The notes under the pieces were generated by a model. The model was not told the DNA's origin. It ran no database searches and was given only the letters and a program-made list of their open reading frames with translations. The position numbers and the translations under genes are program-made. A DNA stretch of 64,000 nt from assembly GCF_004010195.1 (NCBI RefSeq), contig NC_057719.1, positions 45,147,971 through 45,211,970 on the forward strand, written 5' to 3'. Of the stretch, positions 24,234 through 37,419 are shown piece by piece. The DNA is from Chiloscyllium plagiosum. Lineage: Eukaryota. The first letter of the stretch is position 1. Every line of letters starts with the position of its first letter.

Positions 24234-24534
24234 AGATAGGGTAAATAGACAAGGCCTTTTCCCCGGGGTTGGTGAAGTCCTGAACGAGAGGGTACAGGTT
24301 TACGGTGAGAGGGGAAAGATTTAAAAGTGACCCAAGGGCAGTTTTTTTCACACAGGGGGTGATGCGTGTATGGAATGAGCTGCCAGAGGAAGTGGTGGAG
24401 GCTGGTACAATTACAACATTTAGAAAGCATCTGGATATCAATAGGAAGGGTTCAGGGGGATATGGGCCAAGTGCTGGCAAATGGGATTAGATTAATTTAG
24501 GATAGGTCAGGATGAACGAGCTGGACTGAAGGGA
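24234..24534 (+). mobile_element. CR1 3' fragment
   Basis: FFTQGVMRVWNELPEEVVEAGTITTFRKHLD. Confidence 0.88.
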
Positions 24535-24559
24535 TGAATTGGATTAACACAGAGATATC

Positions 24560-24955
24560 TCATTTTATTACTTTTGAAAATATACTTTACTTATAAAAAC
24601 GATCTACAAATAATCCAAAAGGTCCTAAAACAGTTCTGTGTAGTTTTTGCAGAGAAAAAGACACTTTGAAATCCGTCAATCTTCAGAGCTTCCCTGTGTT
24701 GCAAAACAAAGACATTTTATACTCATGCAGGAATCTATTTACTTTCACTGTGAGGCAATGAGGGGGTCCGACAACTGAAAAGACTCTTGTTTATATTTTG
24801 GCAGAAAGACCTTGGTTGGTGGTCTTTCCCCATTTGTGCCTTCACAGCTGACCCAACCTTTAGTGTGTCCCTCAGCGCATAGTTCTGGACCTTGAATGTG
24901 ACAGTCTGCAACAAGCAGTTGAGGGCAACTCTTTATACTGGAAGACCAACAAGCT
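24560..24955 (-). mobile_element. Probable Tx1/L1-group LINE 3' end
   Basis: Minus-strand remnant LLVFQYKEL...CCRL...VQNYALRDTLKVG followed by an AT-rich tail; family assigned from memory. Confidence 0.4.
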
Positions 24956-25540
24956 GAGATATCTCATAAATCCACAGATTCTAAATTACTTGGAATGAGG
25001 TCTCAGTGTGAGCCTGACAAGAGGAGAATCTACATTTAATAGAGACTGACCACTTTGGATGATTTTATGGTTACTGGTTAATAATTTATTTTAGCATTTT
25101 AATGCAAAATGTTCCTTTTTTTATTGATTAGCATAACAGAACAGTATTTTTAGTAAATTATTTTCTTTTCTCAACCTGTTATATATGTAATCTTTTTTCA
25201 AAATGACTGTAAATTTGTGCCTATTTTACATCATAAAAATGGATACCTATACATTAACTCATTAAGCGTAACAATTTTTTGAGTGAGCCATTAATTTGTC
25301 TCTTAAATTCACAGGTCAAAATGAATTTTAAGACCTAGAGTGGCATAAAACCAAAACGTTATAAGATCACTTAAAATCTTTTCTTTCTCTCATTAAAAGG
25401 AAATGTGGAAAACTAGAGAGAGAACTGGAAGTGGTCCTCCACAGGTCCCACAGATGTAGGAAGAAGTGATAGGAACATTAGCATGTCGTTTTTTTTCATC
25501 CATTGGAAAATGAGACATCCCAGACAACTTCTTCCTTCTT

Positions 25541-25857
25541 GGGTGGCACGGTGGCACAGTGGTTAGCACTGCTGCCTCACAGCGCCTGAGACCCAGGTTC
25601 AATTCCCGCCTCAGGCGACTGACTGTGTGGAGTTTGCACGTTCTCCCCGTGTCTGCGTGGGTTTCCTCCGGGTGCTCTGGTTTCCTCCCACAGTCCAAAG
25701 ATGTGCAGGTCAGGTGAATTGGCCGTGATAAATTGCCCGTAGTATTAGGTAAGGGGTAAATGTAGGGGTATGGGTGGGTTGCGCTTCGGCGGGGCGGTGT
25801 GGACTTGTTGGGCCGAAGGGCCTATTTCCACACTGTAACTAATCTAATCTAATCTAA
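25541..25857 (+). mobile_element. HE1-type V-SINE, full length
   Basis: A/B-box tRNA head, V-domain, CR1-type tail GGGCCGAAGGGCCTATTTCCACACTGTAA and (AATCT)n. Confidence 0.92.
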
Positions 25858-27179
25858 ACTGGCAAATGGTGAATTTGGTAATCCAATAGAGGCGATAGAA
25901 AGAGCCAAGGGCGGTGTACATAGTGGGAGTATTGGCGAAAGTTGATAAAGTCCTGCAGTGGAAGTAATTCCCACTGCAGCGAAAGGACAAAAAAGGTTTC
26001 AGTGAAGAAATTTGGTATAGTTCAATTATGTGGGCAGCAAGGAGTGGACTGGGGAAAAGGGGAAGCGAGCGAGGGAACATTCGATTACAACATTAAGCAT
26101 TGACAAAGAGAATCGTACATCCTCTTTTCCATCGTCCAATTTACAAGAAATAACTCATTAAGCAGAAAAACTGTGCCGGGAACAAGGATTCTTTTTTCTC
26201 CCGAAAATGTAACACCACCTCAGTTAATAATTCCTGTTGTAAACCTGAGAAGTTATCGTGAAAAATCCAAAATCGTAACCTAAAATCAATGGTAAGTAAA
26301 ATTTTTAAATAGTCGAGAAAAAAATGTTCGCCACAAACAAGGCATTGGGGAGGGGAGTACTGTATAGTCGTTTATCGAAGTATTGTTTTAAAATATTGGA
26401 AGTCAATATGGTGATATTGCATTACAAAAATTAAATTATCAATTTATCTCAATTTTCTAAGAAAAAAATTGGGAGTTAGGGTTAACCTTTATCTAAACTC
26501 TTACTGCGGTAAAAATAAAGTCCAGCAGATGCTGGACATTCATAACACAAACGAGCTTCTGCAGAAACTGGGCAGGTTTAGCAGTATTTGTGGAGATAGG
26601 AACACAGTTAACATTTCGATTCCGATATGACAGCTCCTAGATGCCATATTGGATTCAAAAGACTAAACATCTTTCACGATGTGGTATTATTATCAAGCGA
26701 ATGAGAAGGTGGCTTTGAAAAATATTCTAGGAGATTACATCACTTCATCTCAATTTCCACTACTCCGCCCTCATCCCTGTCAATCATCACAATGGGTTTT
26801 TGCGGGACTAGTCACCGGAATCACTTCAAATATTCCATATCGATATTCTCACCCAAAACAGAAATTGCTGGAGAGAGTCAGCAGGATTGGACGGCAGCGT
26901 GTGGAGATGGAGAACTGTCGAAGAAGGGTCACTGGAGCCGAAGTGTTAACTCTGTTTCACTCTCTTCAAAGGCCTAAGGGGTTTCTCCAGCAATTTCTGT
27001 TTTTGTTTGAGATTTCCAGCATCCGCAGTTCATTGTTTTATCATATTCTCACCTATTCTCGAATTAAGACTTTTTTAAAGGTTGGGGGGTAGGTGAGAGC
27101 TGACTCGTACTGGGTGTAGTGAGGTACGTCGAGTGATGTGATCGCTTAATCAATAAAGTTTTGTTGAAACACTCTGGCA

Positions 27180-27550
27180 CGGCGGTTGTTCGGGGAGACC
27201 AGCCCGCGTGACGTCATAGGACAGCGAAGAGCGCAGGCGCGTTCAACCCGCGGTGGTAGTGACATCATCGCGTCGCGGCGAAGTGCGGCCTAGTCGGTGA
27301 CGCGTTGACGCCTTTGCCGTTGCGGGCCGATTTGCGGGGACGACCCGTCGCTGTGCTGTTGGCGTGTAACGTGGTGGAGGCGAAAATGTTCCGTAGGAAA
27401 CTGTCTGCTCTCGAGTATCACAACAGCAGCGTGTTTGACTGTAAAGGTACAGACAGACAGACAGGCGGGGAACGGTTTACCGGGCCTGTGCCCTCATCGG
27501 CGTGCAGCCCCGACTGCAGGGTCTGCAGCTGGATACACAGCCGGGCCCAG
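27180..27550 (+). promoter_or_regulatory. RTRAF: RTRAF CpG-island promoter/exon 1 region with CRE and NRF1-like motifs
   Basis: The only CpG-dense non-repeat stretch in the window. TGACGTCA 27209-27216, GCGCAGGCGC 27231-27240, further TGACG half sites ~27298-27310. Confidence 0.8.
27386..27446 (+). CDS. RTRAF: RTRAF (C14orf166/hCLE) exon 1: MFRRKLSALEYHNSSVFDCK
   Basis: Matches the RTRAF N-terminus MFRRKL.AL.YHN; donor G|GTAC; 61 nt. Confidence 0.95.
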
Positions 27551-28871
27551 TGATTTTTACATACCTTTCCACTTCATTTCAAATGTTAAAAAGTACCTAC
27601 GGTTTCTACACGGTGCCAGAACAGTGGACAAGATGCAGTCTATAAATCACTGAAATGTACTCGCTATTGCTTTCAGCAATGTGGTTAAATGGAGCAGCCA
27701 TTTTCTGCACAGCAAGCTCCCACAGGCTGCAGATAAATCATTTATCTGATTTCGGTGGTGAAAAAGGAAAATTGAACATGAGATATCCCCGTTTTTTTTC
27801 GATAGCACCATAGTCTGTCTGTCTTTCCATCCAAGTCCACCCAATTTTAATCCCTGCGATAATGGATTAGGCAGGCTTGCTTTCACCACCCCCACCCCCG
27901 GCTGGTTTCAAACTTTAGTTATTCGCATAAAGTAAACATTTTCAGAATATTTGAATGAATAAGCATGATTTTTTTTTAGTATAGATGGAAATCGGCTTCA
28001 CAAAATTCTGCAAACACTTAAGATCCCAAGATCCATTGATTTTTCTCGTGTTGATTGAGGGAGGAATGTGGGACAGTGGGTTCACCACCTCACTGTTTTT
28101 GTATAAGGCCATATGAACTTCTGTGTACTTTAACAGGCATGCCTTAGTTTAAATGATTCTTTTGAAAGATGATACCTTTTACAATTGTATTTTCATTTCC
28201 TCAGAAACCTGTGTTCAATTCTCATAGGGACTTCTCCCAATTTGACTTTATCTTAATAAGGATAATTGATTAGAGGACTGGATGCCTAACAATATTGAAG
28301 AAAATATTTAATTACATGTTTTTTTTCCTGAAAATAGATCCATTCACTTAGTTTTATTTTGGAGATAGAATCAAATTGTAATTTTCAAAAAAGATTGACT
28401 GCACAGCATTCCCATTTTGTTTTAATCTCTCTTTGAAGCTGGTTAATCAAATTAAGCAATTGGTAGTTTACATATTCAGTAGGCATGGAACCAAGTGTTA
28501 ATCATAAAACTGGGCAGAAGTTGACTGTTTACTTTTTAAAGTAAGCTTGAACACAAATCACAATATTTACAGTCAGACATATTGTGAAATGTGAACATAA
28601 GCCTTAAATCTAAATAAAAAATTTATAGAGAATTATAGAAGTTTTGCTTAAGTTGCTAATATTTCAACATTGGATTTAACTGAGCCAGTTCTTGCTACTA
28701 ATGTGTAGACTAATATGGAGATCTTTTAAGTCTGAATATAAATACCCTTTTTAGGGTGGAGATTTTGTGATAAGGTTTGATTTAATACATTCAGTTGGTT
28801 TCTAGGTTGCAGTTTGTCACTTTTTAAAAAGACAGATGTGTGTCTGAAACAAGTTATCTTTTATATTCTAG

Positions 28872-28996
28872 ATGAGACGGAATTTAGAAATTTAATTGTG
28901 TGGCTTGAAGACCAGAAAATACGACATTATAAAATTGAAGAGAGAGGCAACCTGAGAAATGTACACAGCAATGAATGGCCAAAACACTTTGAAAAG
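28872..28996 (+). CDS. RTRAF: RTRAF exon 2: DETEFRNLIVWLEDQKIRHYKIEERGNLRNVHSNEWPKHFEK
   Basis: AG/GTGAG boundaries; 125 nt; conserved WLEDQKIRHYKIE. Confidence 0.96.
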
Positions 28997-29989
28997 GTGA
29001 GTTTCATTTTGAATAAAGTGCTTGTGTGTTAAATTTGTATGTTTGCACCTGGTTTCACTAGTGAATTGTATTTCTAATCCCTGGATATGAACTTGTTACA
29101 AACATTGTTGATGTGGAAACAACAATGCACAGTGATACAAATAGCTTGGATGTGGAAGAGGAAGGATGCAGATCAGTAGGCATGGACAGTCAGAACAATA
29201 TGGCTGTTCTTAGAATTGCTTTTTCTGTTTCTGTCATTTCACTCTTGCCTGTTGTCAGTTCTGCAGCTAATTGCCAACTTTAAACATTTGACTCTAGTTT
29301 TGAGATGAATGTACAATTAAATATTATTAGATATATTAAGATATATCAATGCACATTTCAGACTTGAGTAGAAGGGGAAAGCTATTCTGCTTTCTTACTA
29401 CCTGCTGTAATCCCAGCTCTTTTGCCCATTTTCCCAGAAGGTTTTAAATTTTTAAACACTACTTAGGCCAACATTCCCTATTCTAATGACTCATTTGGGG
29501 GAACAATTTCTTATTTCTTCTCTTCAATAATGTAATAGAGCAACTGAGAGAGTAGCTCTGAATCTGGAAGGGATAGATGTCATTTATATCTTCCAATAGT
29601 CTTAACAACAAAGTGTAACTAGTTAATGTAACTCTACATAATTGGTATCATGCAATAAACTATCTTGATTAAAAGCCATGGCTTCCTGTTAACTTTCACT
29701 TATAATTGTTACTCAGTGTAAATTAAGTAGGCACTTGGATCCAGACAAAAAAGAAGAATGGTGACAGCATCCTTCTACCCACACATCTCCCTTTTGCTTT
29801 TATAACAAACCTAAATCTATATTTCTTTCACTTATAGTCAAGAAAAGGAATTGTTATACATTTAACTTCTTTAGAATCTTGAAAATTAATATATAATTCC
29901 CTTCATCCAAATTTTCTGGCTATTCAGAATTTTTTGCATCTTTGTTCTATTCTCTCATGCATTGGTACAAAGCTAACACCTTCACTCAA

Positions 29990-30360
29990 GCCAGGAAATC
30001 TTCTGTTCAAAGTTGACATGCACAATCTAAACAGGTGCTTCAGTGCAGGATTGAGAGGCTGATGCATTTTGTTAAGGTATTCTTTTTCGGTTTAGGTGTA
30101 AAACCAAGACAGTGCCTATCTCCTTAGGTTGACATCAAAGACTTCATGGAGTTAGTTAAAGAAAGGTAGAGACTTTTGATGTTCTGGTAAATTTTCATTG
30201 CTCATCCAAAACCATAAAAACAAATTACCTTATTTAGCTGATTCCTGTCTGTGAACCCTTGATGTAATAGTTGGCTGCTGCATATCCTTATTTTGCAGTA
30301 ATCACTAACTTCAGAAGTACTTAATTGGCATAACGCAGCTTAGACATTCTGATCTTGTGC
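29990..30360 (+). mobile_element. Ancient Deu-domain SINE (SacSINE/AmnSINE-related) remnant in RTRAF intron 2
   Basis: CTTCAGTGCAG...TAAAACCAAG...TAGGTTGACATCAAAGA...TTGGCTGCTGCAT...CTTCAGAAGTACTTAATTGG resembles the Deu-SINE consensus as I recall it. Similar remnants at ~1215-1390, ~15620-15810, ~27640-27790 and ~63810-63990. Confidence 0.55.
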
Positions 30361-31139
30361 AAGTTATTCTTTCCTGGCATAATTACAGTTGTGTGCCAAT
30401 TACTTTTGAGCCCCACCAGACTGAGAAATATGTGACAATTTAAATCTGTAGCCTAGATCACATTTATGTTCTAAATTGCACCCATTTCTGTCAGAGTTTC
30501 CTTAGTTGCTTTTCAAGCTTTTGAAAAGAAATTATAGCCAATTTCTTATTGCAAAAAAACAGTCTGAGGCTGAGTGAAAGCGCTGCAACTTTAGAATCCT
30601 GTTTGACCGTGAAATGAGATTTTGGCCAGTTCCATCACAAATACAGCCTTATTCCAACTGCATCGCCACTACTAACCTTACCTCAGCTCTTTCAAGCCTT
30701 TATTTCCTGTAGACTTGTCTGTTCCAGTGCTCTCCAGCTTCCCATTTCTACCCTTTAGAAATTTAAACTCATCCAAAACTCTGCTACTTATATCTTGCAC
30801 CATTTCCAGTTCACCTATCATCACTGCGCATTCTGACCGACATTTGCTTCAAAACTGGCAACATTTTGATTTAAACATTTCATCTTTGGTTTCTAATCTC
30901 TCCATTAGCTCATCCCGCACCTTCTCTGGGACAACCACTACATTCAATCTTTATTCAATTGTATCAGCTTGGCATTTTCTGTTTTAAACATGTAATGTTG
31001 TACTTTCAGTGACTTGTTGCCAACTCTGGAATTTCTTCTGTAAGCAGCTCTATCCTTTTAAGACCTGCCTTAAGACCCATCTCTGTGGGGGTTTAGATCG
31101 AGCTTGAGATCACTTATTCAAATATTTAATCTCCTACAG

Positions 31140-32680
31140 AGGAGGTGGTGCTGGATGGCTTAAAACGCATAATGGTAGGTAAATCCCAGGGACCTCATCA
31201 GGTGTAGGAAGCTAGAGAAGTGATTGCTGGGTCCCTTGCTGAGGTACTTAATCATCAATACCCGCAGGTGAAGTGCTAGAAGACTGGAGGTTGGCTAACA
31301 TGGTGCCATTACTTAAGAAAGGCAGTAAGGAAAAGCCAGGGAATTGTAGACCTGTGAGCCTGACATTGGTAATGAACAAGTTGTTGGACAGAATCCTGAG
31401 AAAAAGGATTTACATGTATTTGGAAAGGCAAGGACAGATTAGGGATAGTTAACATAGTTTTGTGCATGGGAAATCGTGTCTCACTAACTTAATTGAATTT
31501 ATTGAATAACTAACGAGGATTGATGAGGGCAGAGTGGTGTATGCGATCTATATGGACTTCAGTAAGGCTTCGACAAGGTTCCTCATGGTAGACTTGTTAG
31601 CAAGGTTAGATCGTGTGGAATACAGGGAGAACTGGCCACTTGGATACAGAACTGGCTCAAAGGTAGAAGGTGGTGGTGAGGGTTGCTTTTTAGACTGGAG
31701 TCCTGTTACCAGTGGTATGCCACAAAGATTGGTGGTGAGTCCACTGCTTTTTGTCATTTATATAAATGATTTCGAACATAGGAAATATGATTAGTAAGAT
31801 GACACAAATTGGAGGTGTAGTGGATAGTGAAGAAGGCTACCTCAGAGTACAACATCTTGGTCAGATGAGCCTATGGGCTGAAGGGTGGCAGGCGGAGTTT
31901 AATTTGAATAAATGTGAGGTGCTGCATTATGGAAAGGCAAATCAGGGCAGGACTTGTATGCTTAATGGTAAGTTCCTGGGGAGTGTTGCTGAGCAAAGAG
32001 ACCTTGGAGTGCAGGTTCATAATTCCTTAAAAGTGAAGTCACAGGTAGGGAGGTTAGTGAAGATGACGTTTGGTATACTTGCCTTTATTAGTTAATGCAT
32101 TGAATATAGAAGTTGGGAAATTGTGTTGTGGCTGTACAGGACATTGGTAAGGCCACTTTTGGAATATTGCATGCAGTTCTGCTCTCCCTGCTATAGGAAT
32201 TATTTTGTGAAACTTGAAAGGGTTCAGAAAAGATGGGCAAGGATGTTGCCAGGGTTGGAGGATTTGAACTAAAGGGAGATGCTGAATAGGCTGATGCTAT
32301 TTTCCTTGGAGAATCGGAGGCTGAGGGGTGACCTTGTATCATGAGTAATGATGGGTAAATAGACAAGGTCTTTTCCCTGGGGTGGGGAAGTCCAAAACTA
32401 GAGGACATAGGTTTAAGTTGAGCTGGGATAGATTTAAAAGGGACCTAAGGGGCAACTTTTTCATGCAGAGGGTGGTGTCTGTATGGAATGAGCTGGCAGA
32501 GGAAGTGGTGGAGGCTGGTACAATTACAACATTTAAAGGGCATCTGGATGGGTTTATGAATGAGGGATTTAGAGGGAAATGGGCCAAATGCTGGCAAAAG
32601 GGACTAGGTTAGATTAGGATATCTGGTCAGCATGGACGAGTTGGACCGAAAGGCCTGCTTCCGTGTTGTACATCTGACTG
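31140..32680 (+). mobile_element. CR1/HER1 LINE ORF2 3' half
   Basis: IYMDFSKA, WSPVTSGMPQ, KCEVLHYG and FFMQRVVSVWNEL motifs; 3' tail. Confidence 0.9.
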
Positions 32681-32789
32681 TATATAATTCATCCATTTAT
32701 TTGATGGAGTTCCTTCAGGCATTTAACAACTGTAAAGGTGTTGATGAAATGAAATTTGTTATAGAAATGCCTCAGTGAATTTATGGACT

Positions 32790-35700
32790 TAAGTCATAAA
32801 GATGTACAGCATGAAAACAGACCCTTCGGTCCAACTTGTCTATGCCAACTAGATATCCCAACTTAATCCACTCCCATTTGCCAGCACTTAGCCTGAGTCC
32901 CTCTAAACCCTTCCTATTCATATGCCCATAGAGATGCATTTTAAATGCTATAATTGTATCAGCCTTCACCACTTCATCTGGCAGCTCACGTATAACCCTC
33001 TGTGAAAAAAAGTTGCCCCTTAGGTCCCTTTTATATCTTTGCTCTGTCACCCTAAACCTATGCCCTGTACTTCTGGACTCCCCAACCTTCGGGAAAAGAC
33101 CTTGTCTATTTATCTTATCCATGCCCCTCATGATTTTATTAACCTCTATAAGGTCACCTTTCAGCCTCTGACACTCCACGGAAAACAGTCCCAGCCTATT
33201 CAGCTTCTCCCTATTGCTGAAATCCTTCAACTCTGGCAACATTCTTGTAAATCTTTTCTGGACCTTTTCAAGTTTCACAAAATCCTTCTGATAGGAAGGA
33301 GACCAGAATTGCATTAAATATTCCAAATGTGGCCTAACCAATGTCCTGTACAGCCGCAACATGACCTCCCAACTCCTGTACTCTGACCAATAAAGAAAAG
33401 CGTACCAAACGCTGCTGCCTTCACTTTCCTACCTACCTATGACTCTACTTACCAGGAACTATGAGCCTGCACTCCAAGGCCTATTCAGCAACACTCCCAG
33501 GACCTTAGCATTAAGTTTGTAAGTCCTGCTCTGATTGGCTTTTCCAAAATGCAGCACCACACATTTATCGAAATCAAACTCCATCTGTCACTCGCTCCAT
33601 TTGTTCATCAGATCGAGATTCCGTTGTACTCTGAGGTAACCTTCTCTGCTGTCCATTACACCTCAAATCTTGGTGTCACTTGCAAACTTACTAACTATAC
33701 CTCCTATGTTCACATCCAGATTATTTATATAAATGATGAAAAATATTGGATTCAGCACCGATTCTTGTAGAACACCACTGGTCACAGGCCTCTGGTGTGA
33801 AAAGCAACCCTCCGTCACTACTGTCTAGCTTCTAGCTTCAAGCCAGTTCCATATCCACATTGCTAGTTCTCTCAGTATTCCATGAGATCTAACATGCCGA
33901 ACCAGCCTCCCATGAGGAACCTTGTCAAAAACCTTTAAGTACATATAGATCATGTCCACCATTCTACCTCATCAATCCTCTTCGTTATTTCTTCAAAACA
34001 CTCAAATTCGTGAGACATGATTTCCCATGCACAAAGCCATGCTGTTTATCCTAATCAGGCCTTGCCTTTCCAAATATATGTAAATCCTGTCCCTCAGGAT
34101 TCCTTCCAACAACTTGCCCACCACCGATGTCCGGCTCACTGGTGTATAGTTCTCTGGCTTGTCCTTAGCACCCTTCTTCAAAAGTGGCACCATGTTAGCC
34201 AGCCTCCAGCTTTTTGGCACCTCACCTGTGACTATCGATGATACAATATCTCAGCAAGACTCAGCAATCGCTTCCCTAGCTTCCCATGGAGTTCTTGGGT
34301 ACACCTGATCAGGTCCTGGAGATTCATCTGCCTTTTTTGCATTTCAAGTCATCCAGCCCCCCCCCCCCCCCCGTAATATGGACATTTTTCAAGATATCAC
34401 TATCTATTTCCCCACATTCTTTATCTTCCATGTTATTCTCCACAGTAAACGCTTATGCAAAATACTTGTTTAGTATCTTCCCCCATCTCCTCTGGCTCCA
34501 CACAAAGGCCACCTTGCTGATCTTTGAGGGGCCCTATTCTCTCCCTCGTTAATGTATTTCATCCTTAATGTATTTAAAAAAAGATGGATTCTCCTTTACC
34601 CCATTTGCCAATCTCATGTCATGTTTTTGTCCTCCTGATTTCGCTCTTAAGTACGGAGGAACCTCGATTATCCGAAGGACACAGGCGGGAATATTTCAAT
34701 TAATTAATCGAATGCCAGATAACATAGTTTAGCTGAGAATCAGGAGCTTGCGATCTTGCTGGATAATCCGATATTCAGATAATTGAATGCCGGATAATCG
34801 AGGTTCCTCTGTATATTCCTTCTGCCTTTATGCTCTTCTAAGGATTCACTGGATCTCTGTTTATACCTGAGATATGCTTCCTTCTTTTTCTTAACCAAAA
34901 CCTCAGTTTCTCTAGTCATCCAGCATTCGCCACACCTACCAGCCTTTCCTTCACCCTAACAGGAATATACCGTCTCTGCACTCTCGCTATCTCATTTCTG
35001 AAGGCTTCCCATTTTCCAGCCATCCTTTACCTGGAACATCTACCCAATACCATCAAAATTAGCCTTCCTCTGATTGAGAGCTTTAACTTTTAGATCCGGT
35101 CTATCCTTTTCCATTGCTGTTTTAAAACTAATAGAATTATGCTCGCTGGCCCCAAGTGCTCCCCCACTGACACCTCAGTGACCTGCCCTGCATTATTTCC
35201 CAACAGTAGATTCCCCCAAGTTCATCTGCCTTCCCTGTTAGGCCTCTTGCATTGAAATAAAAGCATTTTAATTTATCAGTCCTACCTTGTTCTCTGCTTT
35301 GTTCCTGCCTGCTCTGACTGTTTGACTCGCTCCCTCTCCCAACTGCACCTTCTCTAGTAGGTACGTCCACATACAGAATCAGAAAATTTTCTTGTACACA
35401 CTTAACAAATTCCTTTCCATTTGAACCTTTAACATTATGGCAGTCCCAGTCTATGTTTGGAAAATGAAAATCCCCTCCCATAGCCACCCTATTATTCTTA
35501 TAGATAACAGATCTCCTTACAAGTTTTTTTTTCTTAATTTCCTGCTGACTGTTAGGAGGTCTGTAATACAATCCCAATAAGGTGATCATCCCTTTCTTAA
35601 TTCTGAATTCCACCCAAATAACTTCCCTGGATGTATTCTCCGGAATATCCTCCCTCAATACAGCTGTAATGCTATCCCTTATCAAAAACACCACTCCCCC

Positions 35701-36335
35701 TCCTCTTTTACCTCCCTTTCTGTCCTTCCTATAGCATTTGTATCCTGGAACATTAAGCTGCCAGTCCTGTCCATCCCTGAGCCATGTTTCTGTAAATTGC
35801 TATGATATCCCAGTCCCATGTTCCTAACCATGCCCTGAGTTCATCTGCCTTTCCCGTTAGGCCTCTTGCATTGAAGTGAAAGCATTTTAATTTATCAGCC
35901 CTACTTTGTTCCTGCCCGCCCTGACTATTTGACTCGCTCCCTTTCCCAACTGCACTAGTCTCAAATTGATCTTTCCTCACTATTTCACATACCACCTTAT
36001 TAGTTTAAATATTGCTGAGCATCTCTAGCAAATCTCCCTGCCAATATATTAGTCGCCTTCCAATTCAACTGCAATCCATCCATCGTGTATCGGCCCCTTC
36101 TACTCCAGAAGAGATTCCTATGATCCAAAACTGTGAACCCTTCTCCCATTCACCAGCTGCTCATCCACACATTCATCTACTCTATCCTGTTGTTCCTACC
36201 CTCACTGGAATTGATCCAGATATTACTACCCTTGACCTTTTTAAATTCCTGCCTAACTTTCTATATTCTCCCTTCAGAATCTCATCCTTTTCCCTTCCTA
36301 TGTCATTAGCTCCAATGTGTACAATGACCTCCTGG
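32790..36335 (-). mobile_element. Long CR1/HER1 LINE (part of ORF1, APE endonuclease, RT), degenerate
   Basis: LKCFHFNARGL, GLYYRPPNS, GDFHFPNIDW, YLMQFWSP; 3' tail at ~32790. Confidence 0.92.
34654..34811. mobile_element. Tc1/mariner (pogo/Tigger-like) MITE, 158 bp
   Basis: TIRs CGGAGGAACCTCGATTATCCG / CGGATAATCGAGGTTCCTCTG with TA TSD (34652-34653, 34812-34813). The paralogous CR1 at ~40040-40060 lacks it. Confidence 0.88.
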
Positions 36336-36743
36336 CCTTTCTGGCCTCAATCTACAATATTGCTGTGCTTCTACCAGCTCCCCAAAATTGTGCAACATTG
36401 AGGAAAATAGGAAGGAAGACCGCAACCTGACAGGTTATAATTGGAACTGTTTGCATGAATTGGTCTGAAAATGGAGAGAAAATCGTATATATTTACTACT
36501 TATTCCAAAAAGTACTTACATTTTAAATCATTTTTCATAATGTTATAATAATATGTTTCTTTGAGTCAATGTTTTTGTTGTTAACATGTTCACAGTCCAA
36601 TGTATTTTAATGATGTAAGATTTCCTATCATCCATTTAGCCATCGACACTGCACGTTTAACATTTGTATGAATATTTAATTTCACTTTTGGGAATCCTTT
36701 TATAAACTTAAAATCCTTGTATATCTGAATAATTTATTTTCAG

Positions 36744-36843
36744 TATCTGGCAGATGTAAACTGCCCATTCAAGGCTCAAGAAAGACAAGAAAACGTTGAC
36801 TGGCTTCTGGGCTTGGCTGTGAGACTTGAATACTCAGATAATG
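36744..36843 (+). CDS. RTRAF: RTRAF exon 3: YLADVNCPFKAQERQENVDWLLGLAVRLEYSDN
   Basis: ttttCAG/GTATG; 100 nt; conserved DWLLGLAVRLEY. Confidence 0.96.
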
Positions 36844-37419
36844 GTATGATTCTTTAAACTGCTTGAAGTTGCTAACTATTTTATAATTGTTGTAGTATGT
36901 ATGGATGTTTGTTTATTTTGTTACACCTCATTGGGGTCGCCTGCTGGCGGTCAAGTCCTACTATTCTTAGTCATCACAATAGTTAAAAATTTAACAAAAG
37001 TACGCAGTCTTCAGTTTACATGTCGGATAGACTCAGGTTAACAGAAACCTCAGATCAGGTTTCTCCTCTTAACAAGGGCTACAATTTATTAGAAAGAAAT
37101 AATTTTAATCATGCCTAAATATCCACAAACCCCTTTTTTAAGCTCCTCCCATACACAGACAGGCAGGCACAGACATTCAGAAAGAACATTGGTGTTATGG
37201 GTGGAAGGAAGAACTCCTGGGGAAACACTTCAGTAACTCCACTGATCAAGATTCAGTGGGATGTCCTTTTTGTTTCCAGTCCTTCAGTTCTCTGATCATT
37301 AGGTTCTACTTCACAGTAAGCACAGAGCAACTGGTTCATAAATTATAAAGTCTCTGACTTATTGGTTAAAAGCAACAGCTTACAGCAATTGGTGGTAGAC
37401 AACAACTGGCATTCTTTAG

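Noticed and set aside
25541..25620. tRNA gene candidates (also 38505, 44528, 47589, 53470)
   Set aside because: tRNA-derived SINE/LINE heads that continue into repeat bodies, with no complete cloverleaf plus terminator.
27305..27553. 82-aa ORF extending RTRAF N-terminally from a TTG
   Set aside because: The conserved start is ATG 27386; the rest reads through the exon 1 donor into intron.
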